Assembly: GCA_040954595.2 (NCBI GenBank)
Contig: CM082585.2
Location: 2,696,902-2,760,901 of the forward strand
Origin: Balanoglossus misakiensis
Taxonomy: Eukaryota; Animalia; Hemichordata
Reading direction: 5' to 3'
DNA length: 64,000 bases
A program made the translations under genes and the position numbers. Positions 45,975-60,082 of this stretch are shown here, one piece after another. Every line of letters begins with the position of its first letter. The stretch's first letter is position 1. The notes below the pieces were generated by a model that was not told the DNA's origin, did no database searches, and was given only the letters and a program-made list of their open reading frames with translations.

Positions 45975-47430
45975 AAAATGAACAGCAGAGAAATGTAGAA
46001 TCAATGAAATTAAGACGGTCTGATGAAGTGTACAGGCAACGTGAACAACAGAGAAATGTTGAATCAATGAAATTAAGACGGTCTGATGAAGTGTACAGAC
46101 AAAGGGAAAGACAGAAAAATGTTCAATCAATGAAATTAAGACGGACCGATGAAGTGTTCAGACAAAGGGAACGACAGAAAAATGTTCAATCAATGAAATT
46201 AAGACGGACCGATGAAGTCCTCAGACAAAGGGAACGACAGAAAAATGTTCAATCAATGAAATTAAGTTGGTCCGATGAAGGGTACAGACAACGTGAACAA
46301 CAAAGAAATGTTCAATCAATGATATTAAGACGGTCCGATCAAGGGTACATACAAAGTGAACAACAGAGAAATGTTGAATCAATGAAATTAAGACGGTCTG
46401 ATGAAGTGTACAGGCAACGTGAACAACAGAGAAATGTTGAATCAATGAAATTAAGACGGTCTGATGAAGTGTACAGACAAAGGGAAAGACAGAAAAATGT
46501 TCAATCAATGAAATTAAGACGGACCGATGAAGTGTTCAGACAAAGGGAACGACAGAAAAATGTTCAATCAATGAAATTAAGACGGACCGATGAAGTCCTC
46601 AGACAAAGGGAACGACAGAAAAATGTTCAATCAATGAAATTAAGTTGGTCCGATGAAGGGTACAGACAACGTGAACAACAAAGAAATGTTCAATCAATGA
46701 TATTAAGACGGTCCGATCAAGGGTACATACAAAGTGAACAACAGAGAAATGTTCAATCAATGAAATTGAGACGGTCCGATGAAGTTTACAGACAACGTGA
46801 ACAACAGAGAAATGTTGAATCAATGAAATTAAGACGGTCTGATGAAATGTACAGACAACGTGAACAACAGAGAAATGTTGAATCAATGAAATTAAGACGG
46901 TCTGATGAAGTGTACAGGCAACGTGAACAACAGAGAAATGTTGAATCAATGAAATTAAGACGGTCTGATGAAGTGTACAGACAAAGGGAAAGACAGAAAA
47001 ATGTTCAATCAATGAAATTAAGACGGACCGATGAAGTGTTCAGACAAAGGGAACGACAGAAAAATGTTCAATCAATGAAATTAAGACGGACCGATGAAGT
47101 CCTCAGACAAAGGGAACGACAGAAAAATGTTCAATCAATGAAATTAAGTTGGTCCGATGAAGGGTACAGACAACGTGAACAACAAAGAAATGTTCAATCA
47201 ATGATATTAAGACGGTCCGATCAAGGGTACATACAAAGTGAACAACAGAGAAATGTTGAATCAATGAAATTAAGACGGTCTGATGAAGTGTACAGGCAAC
47301 GTGAACAACAGAGAAATGTTGAATCAATGAAATTAAGACGGTCTGATGAAGTGTACAGACAACGTGAACAACAGAGAAATGTTGAATCAATGAAATTAAG
47401 ACGGTCTGATGAAGTGTAGAGACAATATGA
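45975..47430 (+). repeat. 63-bp in-frame coding repeat (RRSDEVYRQREQQRNVESMKL-like), ~22 copies
   Basis: tgatgaag at 46021 and 46084. ORF 45809-47419 is in frame with 47549-49228 across a single TAG. Confidence 0.95.
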
Positions 47431-47548
47431 AAGGGAAGCAGATGCAAGAGCTAAGAAAATTAACAGAAATTGCGGTGGTGCCAAATCAATTAAAGAGCTT
47501 ATTGATGTATTTCATAAATCAGTTCAGAATGGTCCAACATTTGTATGT

Positions 47549-50175
47549 GTGTGCTGTGAACAGCTGTGGTACAGAGAAAGTGTTGTAAACTACAATAATA
47601 TCCAAAGTAAATTTTCATTGTTTTCATCAACCCATGTAAATGCAAATGCCACACCTGATGAAATGTCACCATTATGTAGAACTTGCTACTCGTATTTAAA
47701 AGACTCAAAGCTGCCACCCTGTGCTGTAGCAAACAAAATGTCATTTCCAGTAATCCCACCAGAGTTACAATTACATCCACTTGAAGAAAGACTTGTGGCC
47801 TTGCGTATTCCTTTCATGCAAATAAGAGAATTGCCACGGAGTAGACAAATTAGTCTCAAAGGCAATATTGTCAATGTCATAGCAGATGTCTCTAGTACTA
47901 TTCCGACATTACCGAGAACTATCAATGAATCACAAACAATACCAGTCAAATTCAAGAGGAAAATCAGCTACAATCATGCCTACCAAGTTGAAAATGTTAG
48001 ACCTCAGAAAGTTTTAATAGCAGCAAAGTGGTTAGTTGAAAACAGTCCTTTGTATAAAGCAGAAAAGGTAACAATTGGTACAAATTGGAATGTTTGTGAT
48101 CAAAATGAGTCTGATGATAACTGGGAAGAATTTTTGGACAATAATGGTACAAATCTTGCTTCTGAATTATGTGAACCGGTAATCTGTAATGAAAATGATG
48201 AGGATGATAATGATGATAATGATAATGATGATTGGACAGAAGAAACAAAATTAGAGGATCATGCTGGTGGAACATTAGATACAATGCTTTCTCGTCCATA
48301 TGTTGAAAACACTGATTCACAAGGAGCGTTTTGCTATGCCCCAGGTGAAGGTAACAAACCTGTAGGTATATTTCAAGATAAGTATTTTGAAGAACTTTCA
48401 TTTCCAACAATCTATTGTGGTCAGCCAAGACAAAATGAACATGTGATCCCTGTATCATACAGTACTTTATGCAAATGGGAACTGCGGCATAAAGATCGAA
48501 GAGTTGCTAAATCTGTCCCCAACATTTTCTTTAAACTGAAAAAGTTGCAAATTCAGCAAATTAAAGACAAGGCAACATTATGCTTACGCAAATGTAATCT
48601 GAAAGGCCGTAAAGTAACAGCTAGTGAAATGCAATCTCCTCAAATTGTAGACAAGATAGTTAGACTTGATGAAGGATTCAGGGTTTTAAGAACATTGAGA
48701 GGTTCACCACCATATTGGGAAAGTGCTAAGCGAGACATTTTTGCTATGATACGCCAGCTTGGTATTCCAACATACTTCATGTCTTTTTCATCAGCTGAGT
48801 CCAAATGGATACATCTGCTGAAAATTCTTGGCAAGACAGTTCATGAAAAGGAGTACATAGACAATGATATATTAAATATGTCATGGAACACAAAGTCGGA
48901 ACTGATCAAATCAGACCCTGTTACTTGTGCTCGACACTTTGATCATTGCTTTCAGCAATTAATGCATGATTTTCTTCTGAGCTCACATCATCCACTTGGT
49001 GAAATACAGGACTACTTTTACAGAGTTGAATTTCAACAAAGAGGGTCACCACATGTACACATGCTTGTATGGATCAAAGATGCACCAGTATATGGTGAAA
49101 ATGATAATGATGAAATTACCAATTTCATAGATCAGTATATTACATGCAGCAATGAAACCAGTGATGAAAACCTTGCAGAATTGATAAATTATCAAATGCA
49201 TAGACATGGAAAAAAACATGTAAACTGAAAGGTCAGTGTGTTTGTAGATTTGGCTTTCCTCTTCCACCTATGCCAAGAACAATAATATTGGAACCATTAC
49301 CCATGGATATTGATGAAACAACAGAACAGAGACTTACAGAACACTATAAACATATTAAAAGTGTACGTGCTGATTTACAATGTGGAGAAAAGATCTCATT
49401 TGATGAATTCTTAGATAAAATACAACTAGATGAACAGACCTACATTAATGCACTACAGTCATCTCTAACATCAGAGAAAATCTTCCTCAAGAGATCCCCA
49501 AATGAAATCAGAATCAATAATTACAATGCAATTCTACTGAAAGCATGGAGAGCAAATATGGACATTCAATTTATTATAGATCCATATGCCTGTGCTATGT
49601 ACATAGCATCTTACATCAGTAAAGCTCAACGAGGAATGAGTAACTTGCTAGCTAGAGCTGTAGATGAAGTGAGAGAAGGAAATCAAGACATCAGGGAAAG
49701 TGTCAGACACATAGGAAACAAATTCCTAAATCATGTTGAAGTTAGTGCTCAAGAAGCTGTCTATCTTACAATGCAAATGAAATTAAGAAGAGCTTCACGA
49801 GATGTCATATTTGTTAATACATCACCTCCTAATGATCGAGTTATCCTACTGAAACCACTGGACGAAATTCAAAATATGCCAGCAAATGCTACTGATATAG
49901 AAAGTGACAACATCTTGAAAAAATATGAGCGTCGTCCAAAGGCCCTTGAGAATTTGTGCTTGGCAGATTTTGCAGCTTGGTATACATTTAAAAAGGAAAC
50001 AGATGATGAGCTAGATAAAAAGACAACGATGATTTGTACAACAATGAGGACGAGGAGGGTCAAACAACTTATCGTGTGGGCAGCCTTATCTACAAGAAAC
50101 GCACAAAAAGTAAAGTCATCCGATATGTTCGTTTCCATAAAGAAAGAGACACAGAAAATCATTACAGAGAGTTAG
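47549..50175 (+). pseudogene. Helentron Rep (HUH) region, frameshifted
   Basis: CxCC..W..C..C zinc motif, FPTIYCG, LRGSPPYW, RQLGIPTYFMSFS, FQQRGSPHVH, WRANMDIQF. Confidence 0.9.
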
Positions 50176-50342
50176 TAATGTTGTTTTATCATTGGCGATA
50201 TGAAAATCAACTAATGGCTGGTTGTAATACATACTACGAGCGCTATTTATAAGTCAAACAGCAAGTAGATACTAAACAAAAAGAATACAATAAAACTGCT
50301 GAGGCATTAGATCAAGCAATTGAAGCAGTACAGAGTACAGCT

Positions 50343-52689
50343 GTGGATATGTTTGACAACATTGCTCCAAATACAGAACATCAGGAAAGACAAGACTCTG
50401 CAGAAGGATGTAGACAAAGTAACACAATGAACATATTTGCCCCACAGGATGACAGTCATTCACATTATGACATAGGTCAAGACATTGGTATTGCTGTAAA
50501 CAATTCTAATATTAATGAACTTCTACACCCACGAATGCCTGACACTGAACTTTACCCCCTTTTACAGACTCTTAACAAGAAGCAAAAAGAAATATTCTAT
50601 CATGTAATTCATTGGATTAAAACAAAAACAGATCCTTTGCATGTATTTGTAACAGGCGGAGCAGGTGTTGGTAAATCTCTTGTTCTGAAATCACTCTATC
50701 AAGTACTATTGAAACATCTTTCAAGTCTTCCCGGTCAAAATCCTGACAATGTATTCATTTTACTCATGGCACCAACAGACAAGGCGGCATACAATATTAA
50801 GGGAAGTACAATTCACTCAGCACTACAAATTCCTGCAAGTCAAGGATTTCACTATAGACCATTAACATCAGAAAGACTAAATACTTTGCAAGCAAAATAT
50901 AGAAATCTGAAAGTCATTTTCATTGATGAAATCTCCATGGTTGGCAATGGTATGTTCAACTACATCAACCTTAGACTGAAACAAATCATGGCAAATAATC
51001 AACTCTTTGGTGGTGTCAGTATAGTTGCATTTGGAGACCTATATCAATTAAAGCCTGTCTTTGATGGCTGGATATTTCATGACCTTAGGCATGATTATGG
51101 ACCACTTGCTTTGAATATATGGAAAGAACTTTTCCAAATGTTTGAACTAACAGATATTATGCGCCAAAAAGATTACTTGAATTTTGCATAATTACTGAAT
51201 CGTGTACGGGAAGGAAAACACACATCAGATGACATAAGTATTCTCAAAACTCGGATAGTACAAAGCAATAATGTAAGTCCACCTTATGATGATTCAATAG
51301 TTCATCTGTATTGTGAGAACAAACTTGTTGATGATCATAATGTGTCAGTGTATGATAGACTCACAGAAACTAAAACAAATGTATTTGCTACTGATACTGT
51401 AATTGGGGATGTCTCTGAAACAGTGAAACAAAAAACATTAGCCATAGTTACAATGTTAGGCCCTCAAAAGACAATGGGATTAGTATCTCAATTATCTGTT
51501 GGAATAAATCAACGAGTTGAACTGTGTATGAATCTCTGTGTTGATGATGGATTAATAAACGGTACTCCAGGAATAATCAAGTTTATTGATGGACCAGACT
51601 TGGATGATGTCACAATTCTATGGATTTTATTTGATGATAGCGCTGTTGGCAAGGCACTACGACAAGAAAAACGTCATTTATACCATAGAAAAATAACCAA
51701 ATCATGGACACCCATTGCACAGATATCACGGCAGTTCATAGTAGGAAGACACAGAAATGCTGAAGTTGTTAGAAAACAATTTCCCATTAGACCAGCCAGT
51801 GGAAAAACTGTCCACCGTTGCCAAGGTGATACTCTGAATGGTGTGGTTGTTGATTTTAGCACTGCTTCAAACAGAAACCAGTGTCATATACACTATGTTG
51901 CGCTTAGCAGGGTCACAAAACTGGCTGGTCTTCACATAACCACATTACACGAAAATCAAATATCTGTCAGCACTGATGTCACACAAGAAATGCAACGCAT
52001 GCGATCTCATTCCATGTTACAACTTTGTTTGACTTTTCCCTATGATATACCAAACAAATTTATTATAGCTTATCAAAATGTAAGATCTCTCCATTGCCAT
52101 TTCCAAGATGTTGTGAATGATTTCAATTTGACATCAGCTGATGTACTTATTTGCAGTGAATCAAGATTACAAAGTGCTGATCAGAATGATGATTACAGAA
52201 TTCCAGATTTTGAAATTTCCGGACATGATGACAACAGTAATCAACAAAGAAGACCATACCATGGGCTAGTATTGTACAGCAAAGCTAACACCCTGGAGTC
52301 TCTTCCACATTCACACCATTACTTTCACTGTGAATTTGTCACAGCAGTATACAAAACAACACTTGGCTTACTTCAAGTAGTTGCTATTTACATTCCTCCT
52401 TCAACATCAATAGACACCTTACAAAGTGCTCTTCTAAACCTTAGCGAACAACTGCATGAAAATCTACCAACAGTGCTACTTGGTGATTTCAATGTTGATT
52501 TGTTACAACAAACATCTTCAGCAAAGCAATTAATGGAATTTATGACAAACCAACTCAAGTACAAACAACTTATTCAAGAACCAACAACAAACTATGGATC
52601 TTGCCTTGATCATATTTATACGAATATTCAGTCAACACAAGTTGGTGTACTTGAATCATACTACAGTGACCACAAACCAATATGGCTAG
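50343..52689 (+). pseudogene. Helentron PIF1-like helicase + AP endonuclease
   Basis: SF1 helicase motifs, internal TAA at 51189. The EN domain ends at SDHKPIWL where the LTR inserts. Confidence 0.9.
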
Positions 52690-53318
52690 TGTTACGACAC
52701 ACCCTGTTTAGTTGCTTGGTCGAGAGAGGGGTAGCTTTTCTTTGCATAACAAAGGGCCCTGCCTTTTGAAGTAGTTCATTTAAATATTGGTAATAACCAG
52801 ATGGTCACCCATATGAAAGGCCTTCTCACCAAAACCACGAGGCACACTTCTCAACACGGACTCGGAGGAGCACGTAGCTGTCGTAGCTCCAGCCACATCG
52901 CCTTGGGAATTAGGAATTTACCTAGCTGAGCTGGATTCTGTGAGCAACCGACTTCATGAGCAACGGATTTTGTGTGAGCAACTGGCTTCTGTGAATGACG
53001 GACTTGGTCAGCAACGGACTTCTGTGCCTTGAGTTCGGCCAGGACTTTTGTGGACTCGGTAACTCCTCGACCAAGCAGGGTAAAAACACGCAGTGAACAT
53101 TTTCTTTTGTGTGACCTTTTGATTTTAGAAGGCTAGTTGTTTAATTAAATATTCTGTTGTTGAACCACATTCTCCATTGTGTGCTCCCGGTTTTTTCTAC
53201 CGTAACAGAAATTGGGGGCTCGTCCGGGAGTTGAATATTTGCTCGAAGTTGTTGTTGTAAAAGAAAATTGTCCCAATATATTTGGAAGCAAAACTACAAA
53301 AATAAACTGGAGCTAACA

Positions 53319-54941
53319 ATGGAGTTCAAACCAGTGGAGTATTTAGAAAACCCCTCTCTTGAAGTGTTCGAAAAGTTGAGAAAGCATGAGTTGGTGTCGC
53401 TTGCCGAATATCTTGAGCTTGTTGTACGACCATCCATGAAAAAACAAGAGTTGAAAAATATCATTGTAAAGGCTCTTGTTGAACAAGGGAAATTTGGGGT
53501 TGAAGCACTGGAAATTGGTGAATCTAAGCATGAAGGTGATACGGTTAAAATAAGGCGGTTCGAGTTGGATCACCAGTATAGAATGATGCAATTGGAATAT
53601 AAAGAAAGAGAAAGACAAAAAGAATTAGAAATTCAGGAAATGAAATTTAGAACGGGTAAGCAGGAGACAACTGAGTTTGGGGACAGACAAAATTCATCAG
53701 TGGGGTCCTTTCCTTATTTTGATGCAGCAAAGTATGTTCGACTGGTTCCTCAATTTCATGAAAAGGAGGTCGACAATTATTTCCAGCATTTCGAAAAAAT
53801 TGCTTACAGCCTTAAATGGCCAAAGGATGTTTGGACCATACTGTTGCAGAGCGTCTTAATTGGAAAAGCCCGTGAAGCATTCACTGCCTTACCTCTTGAT
53901 CAAAGTAGCGATTACGATCGTGTTAAAGATGCAATTCTCAAGTCATACGAACTAGTACCTGAAGCATACAGGCAAAAGTTCAGAAATGTACAAAAGCGGA
54001 ATGACCAAACTCATGTTGAATTTGCCAGAGAAAAGGAAAGATTGTTTGATAGATGGTTAACTGCAAAGGGAGTTAATCAGAATTTTGATAAACTTAGGGA
54101 ACTCATGTTGATCGAAGAGTTTAAACAATGTGTTCATTCTGATATCAACACTCATCTTGATGAGCATAAGGTTGACGCATTGCATGAAGCAGCTACTGTG
54201 GCTGATGATTATGCTTTAACTCATAAGCTAAGCTATGCCAGGAGTAATATAGCAGGTCAAAGTAAAACTTTTGGTTTCCGACCTCCCCATCAGACTAAGA
54301 GTATTGAAAATAAACCTGTGAATTCTAAAGTAAAGGAAAGTAGTCCTAATTTTGGAGAAAAGACTAAGGACGGGATGTTTAAACCCATGCCAACGTGCGC
54401 CTATTGTAAAAAGAAGGGGCATCTTATTTCCGAATGTTGGTTTCTGCAAAGGAAAGGGAATAAGGTTAAAGTAGAGTCTACCGCCTGCACTGTAACTGAA
54501 AAATGTGTCCAACCACTGAATGTGTCTAAAGTGCAAAGAATGGATGAAGTATCAAGAATAAAGGAAGAATTTAAGCCCTTTGTTTTTGATGGATTTGTAT
54601 CATTGATAGGGGATGAAGCCAATCTACAACCCATAAAGATATTGCGTGATACTGCAGCCTCGCAGACATTGCTGTTAGATAGTGTGTTATCTTTGTCTGA
54701 AATGAGCTCTGCTAAGTCTGATGTACTAATTAAGGGGGTAGAATTGGGTTATATTAATGTGCCTTTACACACTATAAATTTGCAGTCAAATTTAATATCA
54801 GGATCTGTTAAAGTTGGGGTGAGACCCACTTTGCCCATAGAGGGTATTTCTATGTTGCTAGGCAATGATTTGGCTGGAGGGAAAGTGTTTCCCGATCCAG
54901 TTGTAACTAAAGAACCTAGTACTAATGACAGTGTATGCGAT
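53319..54941 (+). CDS. gag: Gag (SCAN-like capsid, CCHC knuckle) and protease
   Basis: LVPQFHEKEVDNYFQHFEK..W, YELVPEAYRQKFR, CAYCKKKGHLISEC, ILRDTAASQT, LLGNDLAG. Confidence 0.88.
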
Positions 54942-56928
54942 CAGTCTTCGGACTGAGCGCGATTCCCATTATCAAAACACCGCAAAGCATGCTGGGAAAT
55001 TTCAGCACTCATTGACCTCTGTTATGGCGGCCAAGAACCCAGCGTACGTGGAGAGATTTCAATCCAATTTTTTCCATGTTTTGAGAGTACTTGACAGATT
55101 TCGTTATCTTTGTGAAAATTATTGAAATAAAGCAATAAGAGAATCAAAGAGATGAATTCGGTAGATTTGCGAAAAATAAAAATAAAAGAGTTACCTTTGA
55201 CCCCTTCTATTTTAGCCTTCAGAGGCATATACCAACTTTGATTTTTTGTGCCTTTTCATTCAAAGCTTCAATGGACGAGAAAAAACGTGGTATATACTCT
55301 ATTTCACTAGAACTTTGTTGGAAACTATCGTATATCATGATCAACGACTGAATAGAGACTGTGGGACGTCTCCAATTGGTGTTGTTAAATTGGCGATTTT
55401 GTAGCAAAATACCGTGATTTTGCCGTGTCGTAGTAAAAAAAATCCAGACGCAAATGTCATGCAGAGTGTTTATTTTAATCACTCATCACCTCTTATGCTC
55501 ATTTTTTCGTCCAGAACATCTTACCCGTAAATTCCACACTTTCTGACAGGGTCTTCCTGGCACACACTGTTTTTGGGTGAAAATGCAGTGATTTGTTTGA
55601 TTTTTTGTGCCTTTTCATCCAAAGAGTGAAAACTATTCAAACTCGAATTTCTGGGGTCATAGATACTTTATTGTTATCATACGAACCTATTTTAGCTAGT
55701 GCTAAGCCTCTAAAAAAATATGCAGCCACTCGAAGTGAGGCGTAAAACGTAGTTTGTCGATATTTTGGTTATGAATGTTTGTGGGCCTTCAATCAATATT
55801 ATTTATCATATACGACCGTCCGCAGTGCCCAAAATACTTACGATACATGTTGTTGTTTCGTAATCACACCGATCGAACACAGATACCTCGCGTGGATGCA
55901 TGCACCATGTCGTTTTTCAACGGTTTTGTGAATTGAACACCAATTTCAAGGGAAGTGCTTGCAGTCATGTATCCCGCAATCAGCCGAAATAAGACCCCAA
56001 CAGCGAAAAAAGAGAGGCATCTGGAACAAACACGCATATTTACTTCCTCTGACTTCCGTAAGAACCGCGATTACATGCAGAATTACCCCACTGGAGCCCG
56101 TGTGTGTACCCTAATCACATGGGTCAGTCTCTGACACAGAGATATCAACGCCCCTTTCATGACGTTCAAGCCTGATGACAGCATCATTGATCAATGGGTG
56201 GGTAGATATACTCATAACTGACATGATCTTATATATAAATATTCAGATATTTGTTTACAACAAACTTAGATGTATCGAATAAACTTTGAGCAAAAGCGTG
56301 AAGCCTTGCCTTTCTTGGCGGGAGATTGACGCATGTTGTTTACGTTACCATGGCGCCATAGAAATAGTAACGCTATTTAGCATATCACGTGCACTAAATG
56401 ACACCCACTGGTTGGCGTATTCAAAAGGTCATAACATTTTGGGGTCATCAGTCGGCAGACTGAAAGTCATTGAGAAATTGTGGTTTCTCGTCATTCAATT
56501 GAGGTTCATTGGTCAGAGAAAGTCGTCTGGGAATCGGCAGGTTTCGCTGCTTGCTGCATATGCTGAAATATTGCACCAGCACCATTTTAGCAACCACGAT
56601 CTGTCAAATTTTGGTCAGTTCCATAGGCATCGCCATGCAATTTGCAGTGCGGGGCTGGTAAATTCAAGTGTTGATGTTTTTTCTGAGTTAATTTTTGTAA
56701 AAAAAATCACGTTGGTTTTTGGATTTGTCACAGCGAGTAAGGAACTTAATGTCAGTTCTTTGTTAAAAGCTAAGCTCGCTGGATTTTTTTTCGTGTTGGA
56801 GACACTGCGACTTGTAATTTCTGTTTCAGACCGTAATTTTCCGGACACTCGACAGCGTAGTCAGCCTTTTTGAATACTTAATGAGTGATAATGGACACGC
56901 CCACTTTTCGCGCTCAGTCCGAAGACTG
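54942..56928. mobile_element. 1987-bp non-autonomous TIR DNA transposon, 3-bp TSD (Academ-like, tentative)
   Basis: 21-bp TIR cagtcttcggactgagcgcga / tcgcgctcagtccgaagactg. TSD gat. Removal rejoins the host polyprotein frame. Confidence 0.88.
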
Positions 56929-59332
56929 GATGATATTGAGATTTTCCCTGCTTGTGTTGTGACCAGGGCCATGAGCCAAAGGGCTTCGACTGAAGAAGTT
57001 GTAAAGAAAGATGTAATAGATGAAGTTGACGATAATTTTGATGTCAACTTAGAGGATACGTTTCTTTCTAATGTAGGTGAACTTAAAAGTGAGTGTTCCT
57101 CTCCTTTGACTGACAAAAATCAAGATGTTTCGAATCAGCCTAATCAAAAGTATGCTAAAACTGGGGGAAAGTTTAGTCGTGCTGAGCTTATTGCTGAACA
57201 GGAAGCTGATCCTGAAATTGTTAATTTAAGTAAAAGGTCCTTGGCCCTCAGTGAAATTGGTAAAGTACCCGTATGTTTCTATACAAAGGATGGTATTCTT
57301 TTCAGAAAATGGCGACAACCTGATGCATCAACTGAGGATGAATGGAGAATTGTTCATCAAATAGTTGTGCCTAAATTGTATCGAAAAGAGATAATCAGCT
57401 TGGCTCATGATAATGTTATGAGTGGACATCTAGGCATAAATAAAACGCATGATAAGATTATAAGTCATTTCTATTGGCCAAATTTGAGACGGGATGTGGC
57501 TAAATATTGCAGATCGTGTCATCCATGTCAGATGGTTGGGAAACCCAATCGAAAGGTACCAGTTGCACCTTTAAAGCCCATTCCTGCTTTTTCTGACGCA
57601 TTTAGTCGAGTTTTGATAGATTGTGTTGGCCCTTTGCCAAAAACAAAATCAGGAAATGAGTACTTACTCACCATAATGTGTTCGTCTACTCGATTTCCAG
57701 AAGCAATACCACTAAGAAGTATTAATGCATCGAAGATAGTGAAAGCACTGACCAAGTTTTTCACTTTTGTAGGACTTCCCAAATCAATACAGTCAGATCA
57801 AGGATCAAATTTCATGTCTGGTCTGTTTCAACAGGTTATGCACCAATTGGGCATAAAACAATACAAGTCTAGTGCATATCATCCTGAATCTCAGGGGGCA
57901 CTTGAACGTTTCCATCAGACTTTGAAGAATATGATACGTACTTACTGTTTTGAATACAATAAAGACTGGGATGAGGGAATTCATTTGTTGTTGTTTGCAG
58001 TTAGGGAATCAGTTCAAAAATCGACTGGTTTTAGTCCCTTTGAGTTGGTTTTCGGACACACAGTTCGTGGACCCTTGAAATTCCTTTATGAGAGTTGGTT
58101 GTGTAAGGATACCGAAATGAATCTTCTGGATTTTGTATCAAATTTTAGAGATAAGCTGAAAAGAGCATGCGAAATAGCCAAAGAAAATCTCAGAGGAAGT
58201 CAAAAGAAAATGAAACAGTGGTATGATATTAATGCTAGAAGCCGGAATTTTAAACCAGGGGATAAAGTTTTGGTCCTTTTTCCAATCCAGGGGCGTCCCT
58301 TGCAAGCCAGATTTTACGGCCCTTGTGAAATTGAATCTAAGATCAGCGATGTTGACTATATTGTTAAGACACCAGGGCGACGTAAAGCAAAGCAGCTATG
58401 CCATGTAAATATGCTGAAAGAATACATAGAAAGAGATTTGCATGAAACAAAGCCAGTTTTGACATCAATTTCTATTGGTAATGATCATGGTAATCATGAT
58501 AAAGATGATGCTAATGAGAGCGAGGTCAAGGGGTTTGTTCATGATGTCAAGTTGAGTAATTCAGAAATACTTGCAAATATAGAAGATAAATTGTGTCATC
58601 TTACTAAAGAACAAGGGGAAGAGTTGGAATGTTTGTTGCAGGAATTTACACATTTGTTTTCTGATGTACCTGGTAAAACTGATAAAATGTGTCATGATGT
58701 AGATGTTAATAATGCACCCCCCATAAAACAGCATCCTTTCCGGGTAAATCCTGTGAAACTACAACATATGAAATCTGAGATTGATTACATGTTGCAGAAT
58801 GACATCATAGAACCGAGTTGTAGTCCATGGAGTTCACCATGTATACTTGTGCCTAAACCGGGTGGTTTGTATCGTTTCTGCACAGATTACCGTAAAGTGA
58901 ATTCTGTTACAAAGACTGATTCATATCCAATGCCTAGAATCGATGACTGCATTGACAAAATTGGTCAAGCTAAATTTGTAAGCAAGTTTGACCTATTGAA
59001 GGGGTATTGGCAGATTCCACTCACTGAAAGAGCTAAAGAAATCTCGGCTTTTGTTACACCCAATGGTCTATATCAATATAAAGTCATGCCATTTGGCATG
59101 AAAAATGCACCAGCCTCGTTCCAACGCCTTATTAATCGTATCATCTATGACTTAGAGGGCTGTGAAGGGTTTGTTGATGACGTCAGTGTTTATGCAAATA
59201 CCTGGGAGCAGCACCTACTGCGATTGCGCAAGTTTTTTGAAAGGTTAACTGAGGCCAAACTTACAGTAAATTTGGGTAAAAGTGAGTTTTGTCATGCTAC
59301 TATAAGTTACCTTGGTCATGTTGTGGGGCATG
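56929..59332 (+). CDS. pol: Pol: integrase then reverse transcriptase (truncated)
   Basis: AHD..GHLG..CRSCHPC, IDCVGP, SDQGSNF, ESQGALER, then RFCTDYR, DLLKGYWQ, MPFGMKNA, FVDD, YLGH. Confidence 0.93.
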
Positions 59333-60082
59333 TGTAGGGTATACAATTGATACACAAAATTCAATTTCAGTAAAGTCCTGCCCCACACCAACGAAATCTA
59401 CTTGGTAACATAAATGTTGACATTATAGTCGTAAAGCCTTGAGAATGACTTGACTTAATGACTTCCATCTGAACACACACAGAGCATAGTCTCAAAGTTT
59501 GACAGAGTTTTATGAGTGACCAAAACAAACTTGCTCCATTGGGAAACACTGGAATTTGGGCAAGTCTGGAATTTTGCAGGGTTTTAGGAAATGTCCATCA
59601 TTGACTATCTGTTTGATCTTAAGCTAAATTAATTGATTTGTAATGAGCAAGAATCCTTATATGTAGTTAGAGGAGGTATACCACTATCTGTATTTGGCAA
59701 AGAGGTGGCGACAATTATTATAATTGTAGCATGCCGGTTAGTTTGAGAAGCACATGGAAAACCGGAGTGCAGTGTGCGGTTTGGTTAATGTCAGATGTGT
59801 GGTCTAGTGCCTCTGTGTGCATGAACTGACAGTAAACTTGTTGTGTTAGAGTCTTAAACTCCTTGGAAGTTAGGGTACTTCAATAAACCAAAGGAACCAT
59901 TCATATATACAACTACGCTCGTCTGGATTGTCTATTGAAGAGTGTAACATTTTTGGGGGCTCGTCCGGGAACTTTGGATTGATGCTCTCTGAGGAATAGA
60001 AGACTCAAGTACAAGACTCAAGGATTCGCCAACAGTCAATTCTGTGTGTTTGACCAACGTGGACTTTACTGCCTGAACTGAA

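Larger units (their letters stand above)
45288..52689 (+). mobile_element. Helentron (endonuclease-encoding Helitron), decayed coding region OTU-repeat-Rep-PIF1 helicase-AP endonuclease
   Basis: Rep motif YRVEFQQRGSPHVHMLVW and YIASYISK. Helicase GGAGVGKS, IDEISMV, FGDLYQL, MRQKD, TVHRCQG, YVALSRV. EN QNVRSL, GDFNVD, LDHIY, SDHKPI. Stops/frameshifts at ~45770, 47417, ~49210, ~50010, ~50250, 51189. Confidence 0.93.
52690..59332 (+). mobile_element. Gmr1-type Gypsy LTR retrotransposon (PR-IN-RT order), 3' part displaced out of the window
   Basis: 5' LTR TGTTACG..CGTAACA 52690-53207. tRNA-Pro PBS tgggggctcgtccggga 53213-53229. Integrase precedes a Gypsy-type RT. Confidence 0.92.
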
